64,000 nucleotides of DNA from Neophaeotheca triangularis (Eukaryota): assembly GCA_054600435.1 (NCBI GenBank), contig BAAIJX010000005.1:682001-746000 (forward strand), read 5' to 3'. The notes beneath the pieces are model-generated. The model was not told where the DNA came from. It made no database searches and worked only from the letters and a program-made list of their open reading frames with translations. Both the position numbers and the translations under genes were made by a program. Below are positions 21,460 to 33,900 of the stretch, piece by piece (position 1 is the stretch's first letter; each line of letters begins with the position of its first letter).

Positions 21460-23530
21460 CTAGATCAGCAAGACGTCCCAGCCCTTTTGCTGCATCACGT
21501 CGCGCCAGTGCACGAGGGATGTCTCGCACTGGAATGTTTGCGGGTCGTTGAGCTGCCAGATATCCCTCAGGAGTTCGTGGATGCGGCCGAAGGAGCCGAA
21601 GTCGGCCGCTTCCCCTAATCGGCTGCAGCGCTCGGCGAACATGGCGCGGAAAGGGGAGTCGGGCAATGAGACAGCGCCGGCGATGAGGAGAGGCCAGGAG
21701 AGCGAGCGGTCGAAGCCCTCGGGGCCGGCGGGTATGTATTCCATCAGTTGCGCGAAGTGCGCGACGAGGTGTCGGGTGCTGTCCTGGGTTGGGCTGAAAC
21801 CTGGAACCAGACCGCAGAGGTAGATGCGCGCCGCGAGACAGAAGACGGCTGACATATTGGTGTTTAGCTGTTTCGGTCTGATGGCACCGGTTGTGGAGAA
21901 GCAGGTCTGGACGGAGCCGGCGAGAGGCTCCGTCGTGCCGATTTCGCGGGCGAGGACTTCAACGTATTTGCACAGCATCATTTCGTTCAGGCCCTCGGCC
22001 TTTTGGACGTCCAAGCACGCAATCTCGGAAATGAGGAACATGATTCGGTCGTCGCAGCCCATGAGTTCTGCGAGACCGGCACTGCCACCGTTGAGGTTCA
22101 ACTCGCGGTAGGCATCGGCGAAAACGGGAGAGCGTCCGATCATCGTTGCGCCGAGGATGTCGATCCACGAAGTCAGCGCCATATTGAAGGGAGGGTGCAT
22201 TTGGCCACTATTGGCGGCTTCGACAACTAGACTTGGTAGCTCCAGCTTGTTGACCAGGCTCGTTGCAGCTTGGAAATGTTGGTGCCAAGGGATGTCTGGA
22301 AGCGCATCGTCTGGACGCCCGACCGAACACTGGAAGAAGATCATGCCAAGCGTTGCTTCGAGGATCCGGCCGTGGTCTTCGTCCTTGCCAAGAGCTTCGC
22401 AGAGCTCTGAGATGGCTGCGTAGCGATGTTTAACAATGTCGTTGTCGACCTGCTCCCCGGACAAATGCTCAGTGGCCTTTTTGTGAGTCGCCGAAATGCT
22501 AAGGCAGCAGTGTAAGTATGCTTTGTTCGTCTCCAAGGCGGGTAATATCACGTCTGAACGGGCGGATCCATGTTGGTTTGCGTCCAGGATAGGAAAGATG
22601 AGCTTCAGCACTTTGTCCAGAAAATGGTTGAGAAGGTACTTGTCGCCCTCGTCGACGCTGATGACTGCTTCGTGGGTAGGCGTGATTGGACCATGTGGGT
22701 ACTGAAAAAAGTCGAAGTCGACGGGCTCTTCACCAAAGGACTCCCGCGAGCTTTCAAAGTGCTGCTGCTGGATCCAGCTGTCTGCTGGGTATTCAGAAGG
22801 TGCGCCATCAATCGATGGCGGAGGCTGAAAGGTACTGAACGTTGACAATGTTGAGTCCCGTCGAGTTGGAACATCGTTCACAAAGACTTGTCGCTCTGTC
22901 TTGATATCGATTTCGTAAGGTGAGAACATCGGGTAAGGTGGTTGGCCAACGAAGCTATGCGGTGGTGGCGGCATAGCAAAGTAGCCATCTTGCGACATGC
23001 CCGAGAAATCGTAGCCGGTTGGAAATGGCGAGTCTATTGATGGGTCTCGGCTCTCTGGTAGGGAATCCGAGAAGACATCCGCAGTCGTTGGCAAAGAATG
23101 GCACAAGCTTGGCGGAGTCGATGAGGTAGGATGCTGTTGGTTTTCTTGCTGCCGTGCAGAGTCTGCCGTTTTCTTCGACAGTTGAGTCCGCTTGATGATG
23201 TTCTTGATGGCTTCCTTTTGGGCTTTTCGTTGTTCGCCGTTACTCCACCACATGGGTCGCTTGTAGTCGCATCGAAGACCGAGATGCTTGCAAGCTTTAC
23301 ATGCTGGTCGGCCTTCTTCGCACTTCTTCCGTCTCAATCTGCAGGTGAAGCAGCCTGAACATGTCAATTGTCAAAGCTTATCGATCGTACACATCAATAC
23401 TCGACATACCAGAACGAGACCGCCTATGCATTTTCGAAGCCATTGCTTTCGCATCGGAAGAAGGTGCGGTCTTTGCGGCGGCCATTTTTGCGGTTGAGTT
23501 GAGTGTACTTCCGTACGCGGAAGAAGACAT
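21460..23530 (-). CDS. pro1: Zn(II)2Cys6 transcription factor, PRO1/NosA family (sexual development); exons 23530-23410 and 23354-21460
   Basis: KMHRRSRSG|CFTCRLRRKKCEEGRPACKACKHLGLRCDYKRPMWWSN, YEIDIKTERQVFVNDVPTRRDS and the C-terminal VHWRDVMQQKGWDVLLI are characteristic of PRO1/NosA. Intron 23355-23409 is GTATGT...TTGAC...CAG. Confidence 0.9.
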
Positions 23531-26500
23531 GGGGTGTATATGTACAGCACTCCAGGGCTCGTGGGGCTTCTTCAGGCTAGAGTTGCGCCAACGGCTGGCA
23601 ACGGACAGGGTTCGGGAGGGACGGTAGGGGCAATCACCAGGATGCCACAGATTAAAGATAGGCGAGCGTAAGAAAGCCTGGCCAGCAGGCTGTAGATGGA
23701 GCGAAAAAGAGAGTAAATTAGTCGGTGAATGATGGCTATACTCCTGCCAGAGGAGAGGAGCGAGTACCTTATATCACCAGTCTGGGTGAATTGACGTGCA
23801 TTCTATTCTTGGGTGAGGATGGAAAGGCAGCATAAATTGTTGCCCAGTGTGGGGTCGGCATCGAGCTATTGGTTGCTCATGCAGATAGCTGCAGATTGCC
23901 TGCCTCTATTAGGCTCGCTTGCTCTCGCGACTATTCTTGCACTCGCCGTATATGGGTGGTAACTGGTCACGGCACAGATTGAGTAGCTTTTGCACTACTT
24001 TGTTAGTACGACTGTGTTCATCCAGCGAGGGTCCACGGCGCGGTTCCGAGCATGAAGATTGACCATGATCTCTCATGGTATTCTCCGCGATGGCCGCACA
24101 ACGGAATGTGCTACTGGTACGCAGACCGCGGGGTTTTGTTGGAGCCCCTCGCCTACTCACGATGGCCTCTCACCTACTAATTGCGCTTTCACGGGTTGGG
24201 GGTCGCCTGGAAGGCTTTCCCATGGTCTTCAGTGGTTGGCGCGGGACCTCCTGACGAGCTCGACAAGCATCTAGAGCCGATAGCTATTGATTCACAGGAA
24301 CAGGAAAAAGCCGCAAGGGTCCATGGAATCCTTACCGATCTTGCGCTATCCTGCGAGTGCGACTGGATAGCTCGGTACTGTGTCGTGCCGCAGGAAGGGT
24401 TGAGCAGCACTGCGTATCGGGCAATTGCCGTAGTTGGGCTTCCATATCTTATTGGCGAGGCTGGTCAATCAAGAGGCGTAGAGAAAGGCGTCGAGGTGGC
24501 CAGTCGTCTGGGCTTGCAGGTGAGCGACGTGAAGAAGAGAGGAGAGGCATGGTCACCGTGTAAGCATGACAGGAACAGGTCGAAATATCGTCTTGGCGGG
24601 ATGACAGGCTGAAAGGCGATGTGATGAAGTGTGATGATAGACGCTGCTGTGCAGAAAGCTGGGCTGTCTACTGTAGCTAGCGCCGGGCTCTGTCCACGCC
24701 TGTCGAGCCGAGTTAGGTAGTGAGGTGATGTCGTTTGGTGGGGAACGTCGTCGCGACCTCGGGAGCCTCCCGCCCCGCCCCGCTTTCTTGGACTTTGCTG
24801 CGACCTCACCGACTCACAGCGGAGTGTCGGAGGTGGAACAGGGCAATCATCAATCACCACTATCACCACTATCACCTCCCGTTCCGACATCTTCACCACC
24901 TCCACTCGATTTTTAATATTAATACCGACCGGCTACATCACATCTCAGTTGTACCGTCTCTCCAGTGTCCAACGGGACAATAATGGCACGTTCGGAAACA
25001 ACCCTACCTTACCCTCTGCATCTCCCTCCACATGGGAGCACGATGATGCATGCATGCCACACGAGTCCCTACACCAGCATCCACCCGCCCGCCCGTCTGA
25101 TTGATGAGAGTGTCGAGTCGGCTCGAGTCGAGTCATATGGGTGATGGGTGGCTGGGAACGTGCAGCCAGTAGGTACCCGGTTTTGCCTTCTCACCCTGCC
25201 ATTGGGTACCGCCACGAGGTATCTATACCCATTAGCTCTGCAACGTCTATACTGTACTAGGTAGTTACTATAATCTGCAGTCACAGCTCGACTTCTCCTC
25301 ATCAACCTCTGCCTCGGGTTCAACCATCCACGTTTGGCACCTGACCCCATCTCCAACTGTTCTTCCGTCCTATCGACTAGCAACGGCTTGTAGTTCATTG
25401 AACGACAAGATGTGGAATGACTCGATGTAGGCGCACTCACGGTGATGACTGGCGAGCATTGCTCGCCCTCGTCTGTCATCATCTTCCGACTTCACCCGCA
25501 ACTTTCAACATGGCCAGTTCTATAACTTGATAAGCCAGCAAGAATTGCGTATGGTCAAGCGGTGAACACTGACGACAGCCCAGTGGCTAGGTGGCCATGG
25601 TAGCGACCTGCCTCGTGTGACGGTCGGATGTGTCTCGTGGTATCGGCCCTGAGTGCGTGGTGATACTGCATTGTCGGCCCTTGCAGAGAATATGCGAGCA
25701 CTTTGAATCGCTTGCATGCTCGACAAACACGACGTTGCACGGCAACCAAAGTGTTGTGCCCAAGTGCTTGCATCATGCACGCACTTTACAGTACTCACAC
25801 TACTTACCTTTTAGGGTTGAACGTTGCTGTGATAACGCTTCCGTTGAACCTCCTAAGCGTTGCAACAGCTTACACTCTTTAACGGCTTCTTCACGGAATA
25901 AAAGGGTCTCTGGAGGCGTTCTTATCCGCATCTCGAGCCAAAGCCGCCCCCAGTGAACGTAGCGGGGATGCAACCAAGGAACTTTATTGGCGAACGCTCG
26001 ATTAAGTGGCATTTTCAGGAAATGTGCGTTAAATTTAGGAGCGGCCGTCACCGCTTTGGCTGGATGCATAAGCACGGACTCTATGTCAATGAGATTGGTC
26101 GACCTATCATCTCTAAGCGCCCAGCTCTACGCACTTGACTCGACGAGGTGAAATGAGATGCGTGACTGGGATGCCGTGCCTGCGAGAACTTACCGGGAAC
26201 GGAAGCAGACTCTGAAGCACGCATTGGTGAGCCAGAACATCCAATGTGAGGTCAAGGGTACATTGTGATGCCTTAGTTGGCGCCGGCAACGATGCAGCAG
26301 GGTGATGCACAAGCACAACATGTCGAGCTTATGCGCGCGCGACCATCACGTTTTGGCTGGTATAGAAGAGACACATAGCGCTCTCTCGCGCGGGGAGACC
26401 CACGGAAGACCTTTTTCACCTACGCCTCGTACTTACATTCCGGTCTCGTGAGCATGCCAGCGTGAGAACGATCATAGTCCCGGGCATTCTGGTATTCTCA

Positions 26501-26532
26501 ACAGCCCAGAGGCGCACTGAATTATCTTTGTA

Positions 26533-29095
26533 ATGCGGGTCACCACTCCCACGTCGCCTAGACAGGCGGGCGGGGAGATTTTTCAGCGAGCAAAGACATC
26601 CTTCGTTGAAGAGCGACCACCAACTACGAGACCACTCTCACAAGCGAGCGAAATCTACGAAACGGAATTCGAGGACGAAAGCGATGTAGAGGGATACCCG
26701 CCAAAGATGAGCTTCGATTCGGTAGGTAGCAGCGTATATTCGAGTATTGCGTAGACCCATGCTAACGCGTGAGCAGGATGATGGTCGGAGACAGAGTCAA
26801 ACAACCATCTCCTCATACGACGAGGCCCCCACCCCGAGCCCCAGTCGAAGCCACCGGCGTCCTTTTGAGCTGCAAATCAAGCCAGTGGAGGGCCCGACGG
26901 GGCCCCATCTCTTCCGTGCCTCGCAAAGCTCCGGCGAATTTGCTTTTGACCATGCCTTGCAAATGTCGCCGTTGTTGCCGAAGGAGCCTCCTCGGACAGA
27001 GACAGCTTTTTCACATGACACGGTGACACCGACCTCTCAACAACAACATGCCAATCACTCTATTGCGGCTACACTGCAGCAAAGCTTCGACTCAGAGCGT
27101 GGCCTTGAAGAAAACGTACGTAACTGGAGTACCGAGCAGGTCGTCGATTGGATGTGCGAGGCTGGCATGGATCCCTTCGTCATTGAGTGCTTCGAGATTC
27201 ACGACATCAACGGTACCGTGCTCATGGATCTTGATTTCGACGACCTCAAAGAGCTCGACATCCCATCTTTCGGGAAACGCCACCAGCTATGGAACGCCAT
27301 CTCTGATCTGCGTGGGGGCCAAGGTCGACTAAGTCCAACCCAAACACCCTTCCAAGATACTAGCCGGCCATGCACTCGACACACGCAACGATCACCAAGC
27401 CGAACGCGGAGTCATGCGAGGAATGCCCGACGTTCGCCTAGCCGCGATGATACTTGCGAGACTCCTGTCGATGGTGCCGCAGAACCCAACGCTTCTGGCG
27501 GCAAAGCGAAGAAACGTCGAGGCCGCAAGCAGCCAAAGGGACTCGATGTGATTACGCCAGCGGAATCCGTATCGATCGTTGCGATTGAGCAGCTGTTGCC
27601 AAAACCTCACGACTGCGGCAGAGGAGAACGCTGTGCCAAGTGGCGGAAGCAGCAAAGACAGATGAAGCAGCTGACTGACGAGCATGGTCTTGGTCGCTTT
27701 CCTGTCAGCCCAGGCAAGGGTGGCCGTGTCTTCGTGGCCGGTGACCCTGGCAACGCAACAACCGCTGAGAACATCGTGCCAAATGTCCGCAAGCATATCG
27801 AGGAGCCCCCACGGCCGACTTCCGAAGCCGTACCGTCTGTCGTTGCTTCCTCGGATCTGCTGGGTCCGGGACAGCTACCTGAATTTGCCCTTCACGCGGA
27901 TGTGCTCCAGCACCTCCAGAGCCGGGATCCACAAGACAACGTAAAGCAATTCCTCAACTTCCAACACCTCAACTCTCCATCGGCCCCGGCGGAGCAAGCT
28001 TACTCCCCGGGCGTGCAGACGCCCTTTGCATCACGCAATCACGACAAGCCCCTCGAAATGTTTCCAGCTGAGCACGTCCAACTACCGGCCGCACAATACC
28101 AAAGGACGCCGTCCATGTATCGACCTAGCCACACTGCACCTCCTCCAGAGCAGCTCAAACAACTACCAAGGCTTTCCATACCGCGCTCTGCTACTGCTCA
28201 GCCGAACCTCAACAACGTCGCTTCTCCACAGACAGCTGGCTCAATCTGTCGCAGCATGACCGCGTCGCCAAGCCAAGTGTATCGTTTTGGCACACCGGCG
28301 TCAGAGATGGATGTCCCGGTGACGGCGGTCCCAGTTGACCCAGTCGGCCGCGACACCAGCAGCCAGAGTGTACCACCAGGCATGCAGTACCGCGATCAGG
28401 TCCAGCTGAGCCGCTCTACATCACGAGCCGAGTGGCGTCGACCTTCTTTCGCCATGCCAGCGTTACGAGAGGGCCAAATATTTGACGCCACGCGATCTAA
28501 CAGTACAAAGCGCCCTAACCCCAGTAGCCGCACGGCCAGCAGTGGTAGCACATCTACCGACAGCGACGCCAGCAGGAAAACTCCAGACCCCGCCCACCAC
28601 GACCCTGAAACAAAGCACTTTGGCTACGGCGAAGGCTGCACCCACGCTAGCTGGATGCGCAAGCGTAAGACCAGGATGTTGCGCCACGAGTGGCAAGACG
28701 CCCACTTCAGGCTGCGTGGCACACAGCTGGCCATGCACGCCAACGCCCGACTCTCAGCGAACGAGCTCGACAGCATCAACGTCGACGATTACGCCGTGGC
28801 CTGCTCCTCAGTGGCTTCGGGCAACAAGCTAAGCGCCGCTTTCAAGTCCTTTGGCATCAAGAACGAACTCGGCATCAAGGGCAAGGGTAACAACGCCGAT
28901 GCGGCACCCTTTGCTTTCCAGCTGGTGCCGAGCGACAGTGGCGAAAGGTTCAGGGGTGCCGGCGGCAAGACTCACCATTTCGCCGTCAAGACCAAGGATG
29001 AGCGCATCGACTGGATGAGAGAACTCATGCTCGCCAAGGCCCTGCAGCAGAAGGGCAAGGGATTCGATGTCGAGATCAACGGGGTGCAGCGCTGA
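26533..29095 (+). CDS. SAM- and PH-domain polarity protein (Boi1-like, no SH3 seen); exons 26533-26721 and 26777-29095
   Basis: SAM domain (WSTEQVVDWM...HDINGTVLMDLDFDDLKELDIPSFGKRHQLW) and C-terminal PH domain (HASWMRKRKT...HEWQDAHFRLRGTQL...THHFAVKTKDERIDWMRELMLAK). Intron 26722-26776 is GTAGGT...GCTAAC...CAG and in frame. Confidence 0.85.
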
Positions 29096-29770
29096 TCGAA
29101 GGGTTGGGCGGCAATGAAGAGAGGACAAAGATACAAGCATGGATTAGTTTTGCTTTGACTGGCGCAGCAGTAATAAGATACCCCCCTCCCTCCAGCACAA
29201 GCGATTGAAGGCATTCTAGAACGATGGTGAGCGAGCGACCGAGCTTTTTCGGTTTCAAAAGCTGGGTTTCAAAGGCGGCGGTTGCAGCGCAGTCGCAATG
29301 GTTCCCTGTCGGTGGTTATCAAGTCAATCGTTTAGCAATAGTATATAGCATAGTCTTAGCCGACGACGCATGAAACCGTATAGAAGCCTACTCTTCGCGC
29401 TGTCGCATTTGTGACTGTGTTGCATAGACGCTCCCTTCTGTGCCGCCGAGAGGAACCTGGCCTACCGCACCCGGTCTTCGCAGAAGGGTTTTACGGCATT
29501 TATATATGTTCCTCTCCATAGCGCCCGCCGTGCGATTCAGCAATCCATGCGGGTACTCGGAGAAGCACGAGAAAAGGCGGAAAGGAGGTGTAAACGATTT
29601 GAGTCTGCCGGGATGGTCGAGTCTCTTGGGTATCATCTGAAGTCATAGCTCATTTCTCCTCGGTGACAGTGGCTAACCGCCGACCTCGTTCAGTGTCATG
29701 GTAACGACAAGGCGGCAAGGCGGCGGCTAGCCCTTAACGCCCCTACCGTCGCCAAGGTCCACGATGGCCC

Positions 29771-30595
29771 TTACCATGCCGCCTTTCGCCTGCGTCCAGT
29801 ATATTTCGAACTGGGCTTGACAACCTTCCCCTTAGCCTCCATCTGATTCTTCTTCCGCACAATCCAAGCCTTACTTCCCTTCTTCTCAAACTCTTTGCCC
29901 CTCTTCCTTTCCTGCTTCCTCGCATCCATGACATTAACATCGTTCATCCCGTTCACCGCGCCCGTAACATCCCCACCCCCAACCGTAAGCACCAAATACA
30001 ACTTAACATTCTTCGTCTCGGGATCATCCTCCAAGATCCCCGCCCCAAACCCCGCCTTGACCGCCGCCTGCGATATCATAGTCCTCTGCTGCGTATTCTT
30101 CGGGTAAAACTGACAAACCGCCTTCCCGCCTCTTCGCAGACTCGCATAAAGCCCGTCGAAAAACCTCTTCAACCTGCCCTCGGGACTCACATCCGCCGTC
30201 TCGGCATTACACAACCACTGGATCGCAGAGATAGAGATGGCGGCGTCGAACGTCCCCGGTCGGAAAGGTATCCCCTGCCCGATGTCCGCTAACATCATGT
30301 CTCCGTCCGTGTCCCTGCCGATGGCTTCCGCGAGCATGGAGGCGGAAATGTCCATGCCTACCCAGGTGTGCGGCCCGCCTTCTTCCTCGGGGAGGTTACT
30401 GAGGATTTCGCCCGAGAGTCCGGAGCCGCAGCCTACGTCGAGGATCATGGAGGGATGGTCGAGGTCGAGGAGTTCGAGGGCGCGGTTGGTCATGGAAGCT
30501 TGGATGTTTTTTATCCGCGATGAGGTCGTGTATTTGCGGGATTCGGTGTCGTTGTAGAAGAGGTCTGGGGGAAGGGAATCTTCGGGGCGCGACAT
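29771..30595 (-). CDS. BUD23: 18S rRNA guanine-N7 methyltransferase Bud23 (274 aa)
   Basis: MSRPED..PPDLFYNDTESRKYTTSSRIKNIQ, ILDVGCGSGLSG, FDAAISISAIQWLCNA and the C-terminal SKYTGRRRK. Confidence 0.96.
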   Translation of the reverse strand: MSRPEDSLPPDLFYNDTESRKYTTSSRIKNIQASMTNRALELLDLDHPSMILDVGCGSGLSGEILSNLPEEEGGPHTWVGMDISASMLAEAIGRDTDGDMMLADIGQGIPFRPGTFDAAISISAIQWLCNAETADVSPEGRLKRFFDGLYASLRRGGKAVCQFYPKNTQQRTMISQAAVKAGFGAGILEDDPETKNVKLYLVLTVGGGDVTGAVNGMNDVNVMDARKQERKRGKEFEKKGSKAWIVRKKNQMEAKGKVVKPSSKYTGRRRKAAW

Positions 30596-30967
30596 GGTTG
30601 GGGTTGATTTTCTGAGGATGTTCGGTGTTGGGATTAGAAGAACAGATGCAGTAGGGGTACTAGCATCGAATCGTGAGGTAGATTCTTTCCCGAGGGTGAG
30701 AGAACGATTTACATGTTGTATAGGTCAAATTCCTTAGAATTTGGCTCATTGTTGCTAGCGCTGGAAATAGCAAGGTTGACACTAGTAAAGTCCGATATCG
30801 ATAACAGAACATCTTATCGATACTCGGCTTCCTGGAACTCTCACACCTTCCCTCGACACTTCCTTCCTCTTCCAAGGTTCACTCTGAGAGTTGTGTCTTC
30901 TGCTATTCCTCAGCCATACTCCATCCTATGGGATATCGAGTAACACTCAAATTGTCCACTCGAAAGT

Positions 30968-33900
30968 ATGGCCCGAACGACGCAGGCCAGTAGATGGAAG
31001 ACACATAGGCGACCGGCTTCGCCGCCGCCCACCAAATGGACGCAACCTTTCAAGCAGCACGTTGTCGCCACCGTCTTCTCGACGCGAGTGCTCTCGTACG
31101 ATGGAGAATCTATCATAGTTGAAGCGGGGGGCTATCAACCCATGGCGTGGTTCCTAGAGCACGGCTCACAGGACCCCATCGACACCCAAGAGCCACCCAA
31201 AAAGAAGAGGAAGACTGCCGATGACGTCCCAGCAACACCTCCAGCCGGCATTCCCGTCGCGAGGACAACTATCGACTTTCACTTCCCGGAGACTCTCACG
31301 ACCAAGCCGGCGAAAGGCAATGCGCTGAAGGACGACGTAGATTTTGAGGGCGCCAGGGAGGTTTCTGTCGAGTTGAATGAAGTCACGCCGGATGAGGCCG
31401 GGACAAGGATAAAGCTATCGCTGGATATGATGAAGGGCGCTGTCATCGAGTTGGAAGTGGATCAGCTACCCGTCGACGTTGGTCAACGACTGCAAGAGAT
31501 AAGCAGAGGCAGAGGTTCGCCATTAAAAGCTTTATCTTGCAACTTCAAGCTTCTCAGATCTTCCGGGCAGTTATACACTGTGGTGCGCCTCGAAGCAGCC
31601 TTGGAATGGGCGGACGGTGTCTCTTCCTTTGACTACCAACCATGGGAATATCGACAGTTCAACAGAAGGGATCAGACGCTGAAGCAGTTTTACCCAGAAA
31701 CAGGAATGGCCCCCATAGAGTCGCTCTCGGCAGGGACTAGCGATTTCTACGATAGTCTGCATGTGCCATCAAAGGAGGCACAGCACGTACCTGACGTTCT
31801 GGAGAGCGAGCTGTATCCCTTTCAGAAGCGAGCAGTCGCCTGGATGCTGGGAAGAGAAGGGCAAAGTCAAGACACTGTGCCTCTGTGGTCGCAAGTCGAA
31901 GATGCTGACGGCAGACCATGCTTTGTTAGTCACATCTACCACACCATCTCCCTGAGCCCACCACCGGTTTCGACGCTTTCTGGGGGAATACTGGCCGAGG
32001 AGATGGGTCTCGGCAAGACGGTTGAGCTCATGGCGCTCATCTCGTTGAATAAGAGGCCGACCTCTGACGCAGAAGATATCGAAATCGCCGGTTTCGACAA
32101 GCCCATAAAACGCTCCAAGGCCACTTTGATCATCACTCCTCCATCCATACTCCCACAGTGGATATCGGAGCTTACAAACCACGGCCCCTCACTGAAAGTT
32201 CTGCACTATGAAGGTGTTACTAGCACCGGCAAGAACAAGAACAACAAGTCTGAGGCAGAGCTGGTGGACGAGATTTGCAACGATTACGACGTTGTCCTGA
32301 TAACGTACCCTATCCTCGGAAAAGAAATTCACTTTGCGGAGGACCCGCCGCAGCGTAATATGCGACAAGGTCGCAAGTACGAGCGCAAACGTAGCCCTCT
32401 TGTTTTGGTCGAATGGTGGCGAATCTGCCTGGACGAAGCACAGATGGTGGAAACCGGTGTCAGCGCAGCTGCGCGAGTTGCTTGCCGTCTGCCTCGAGTA
32501 AACAGCTGGGCCGTATCTGGTACCCCTCTGAAAAAGAATCTCGCAGATCTTCAAGGTCTTCTGATCTTTCTTAGGCTGGCGCCGTTCAACACCGACACGA
32601 AGCTGTGGAAGTATCTGGTCTCGCACCACAAGCATCTATTCCGGCAGCTCTTCAGTACGATAGCCATGCGTCACACCAAAGTTCTTGTACGAGAGGACTT
32701 GCGCTTGCCGCCGCAGAAGCGTATTGTCATCACCATGCCCTTTACCGCTCTTGAACAGCAGCGCTATTCGCAGCTTTTCGAGGAGATGTGCAATGAGATT
32801 GGTATGACTTCTGATGGCGCGCCCGCGTACGATGACTGGGAGCCGGAAGAACATGCAGCTGCCATGAGGGGTTGGCTCGTCCGACTACGACAAACATGCT
32901 TGCATCCACAAGTTGGCACCCACAACCGCAGGGCTCTAGGCCGTGGGCAAGGCCCTCTGCGAACGGTGGAGGAGGTGTTGCACGTAATGATAGAGCAGAA
33001 CGAATTGACAACTCGCACGGAGGAGAGGAGCTTGGTGGAAGTGCAATTGACCCGCGCACATGTTCTTGCAAATGTCAAAGACGACGAACATCGAAGCAAA
33101 AAGGCGTTACGGGTGTATGAAGTAGCCATGGAGAGGAGTGCCGAGATTGTCCAAGATGCCAGGGATCGCCTCAAGCAAGCCATTAGGGAGCAGGCTGACA
33201 CCACAAAGAACACTTCTGACAGTGATAGCGATGGGTCTCCAGAGATTTCGACAGCCGTCGCTCGTTTAAAGAACAATGTGAAGACTGCGCTGGCACTACA
33301 TCATGCCTGTGTCTTCTTTACTGCGAACGCGACATTCCAAATCAAAGCTGCGGAACACCTCACGCCTCCAGATTCCGACCGATTTCGAGACCTTGAAGAA
33401 CGTGAGACCAACCTCTACGAAACTGCCAAAAGAGTCCGGCAAGAGATTCTCCGGCACGCATCAGAGAGAGCCGACAAGCTTACGCAGAGGATCAAAGGCA
33501 CTGGGACCAGCATGACTAAGCCGCCTGTGCTCAAAGACCTTGAAAGCTCGGGAGGTATCGAGAGTCGCCGAGTGGTTGAGAAAAGTGACGAGCTCTTTGA
33601 TTTACTGCGCGACCAAGCAGCCGTGATCGTGGAATGGAGAGAGAAAATGGCAGAATATCTCTCAAAACCACTTGTCGATCAGGATGAAGAGGGACAAGAG
33701 ACTACTGGTGAGGAATACGAGGATTCTACCAAGCTCCAGGACGAACTCTTTGCCTACTTCGACGCTTTCAAGGCCATGCTCGCTGACCTCAACACGTTTG
33801 TGACGGGAGAAGACGCCCCGCTCACTGACCACGAGGTAAAAGGTCTTATTAAAGCAGGTAAAGCACTTTTGAGTGGACCTGCTCAAGTGCTCGATCCCAA

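Noticed and set aside
25801..25820. TACTTACCT (U1 5' end-like) followed by TTAGGGTT (telomere-like)
   Set aside because: No U1 stem-loops or Sm site, and only a single telomeric unit.
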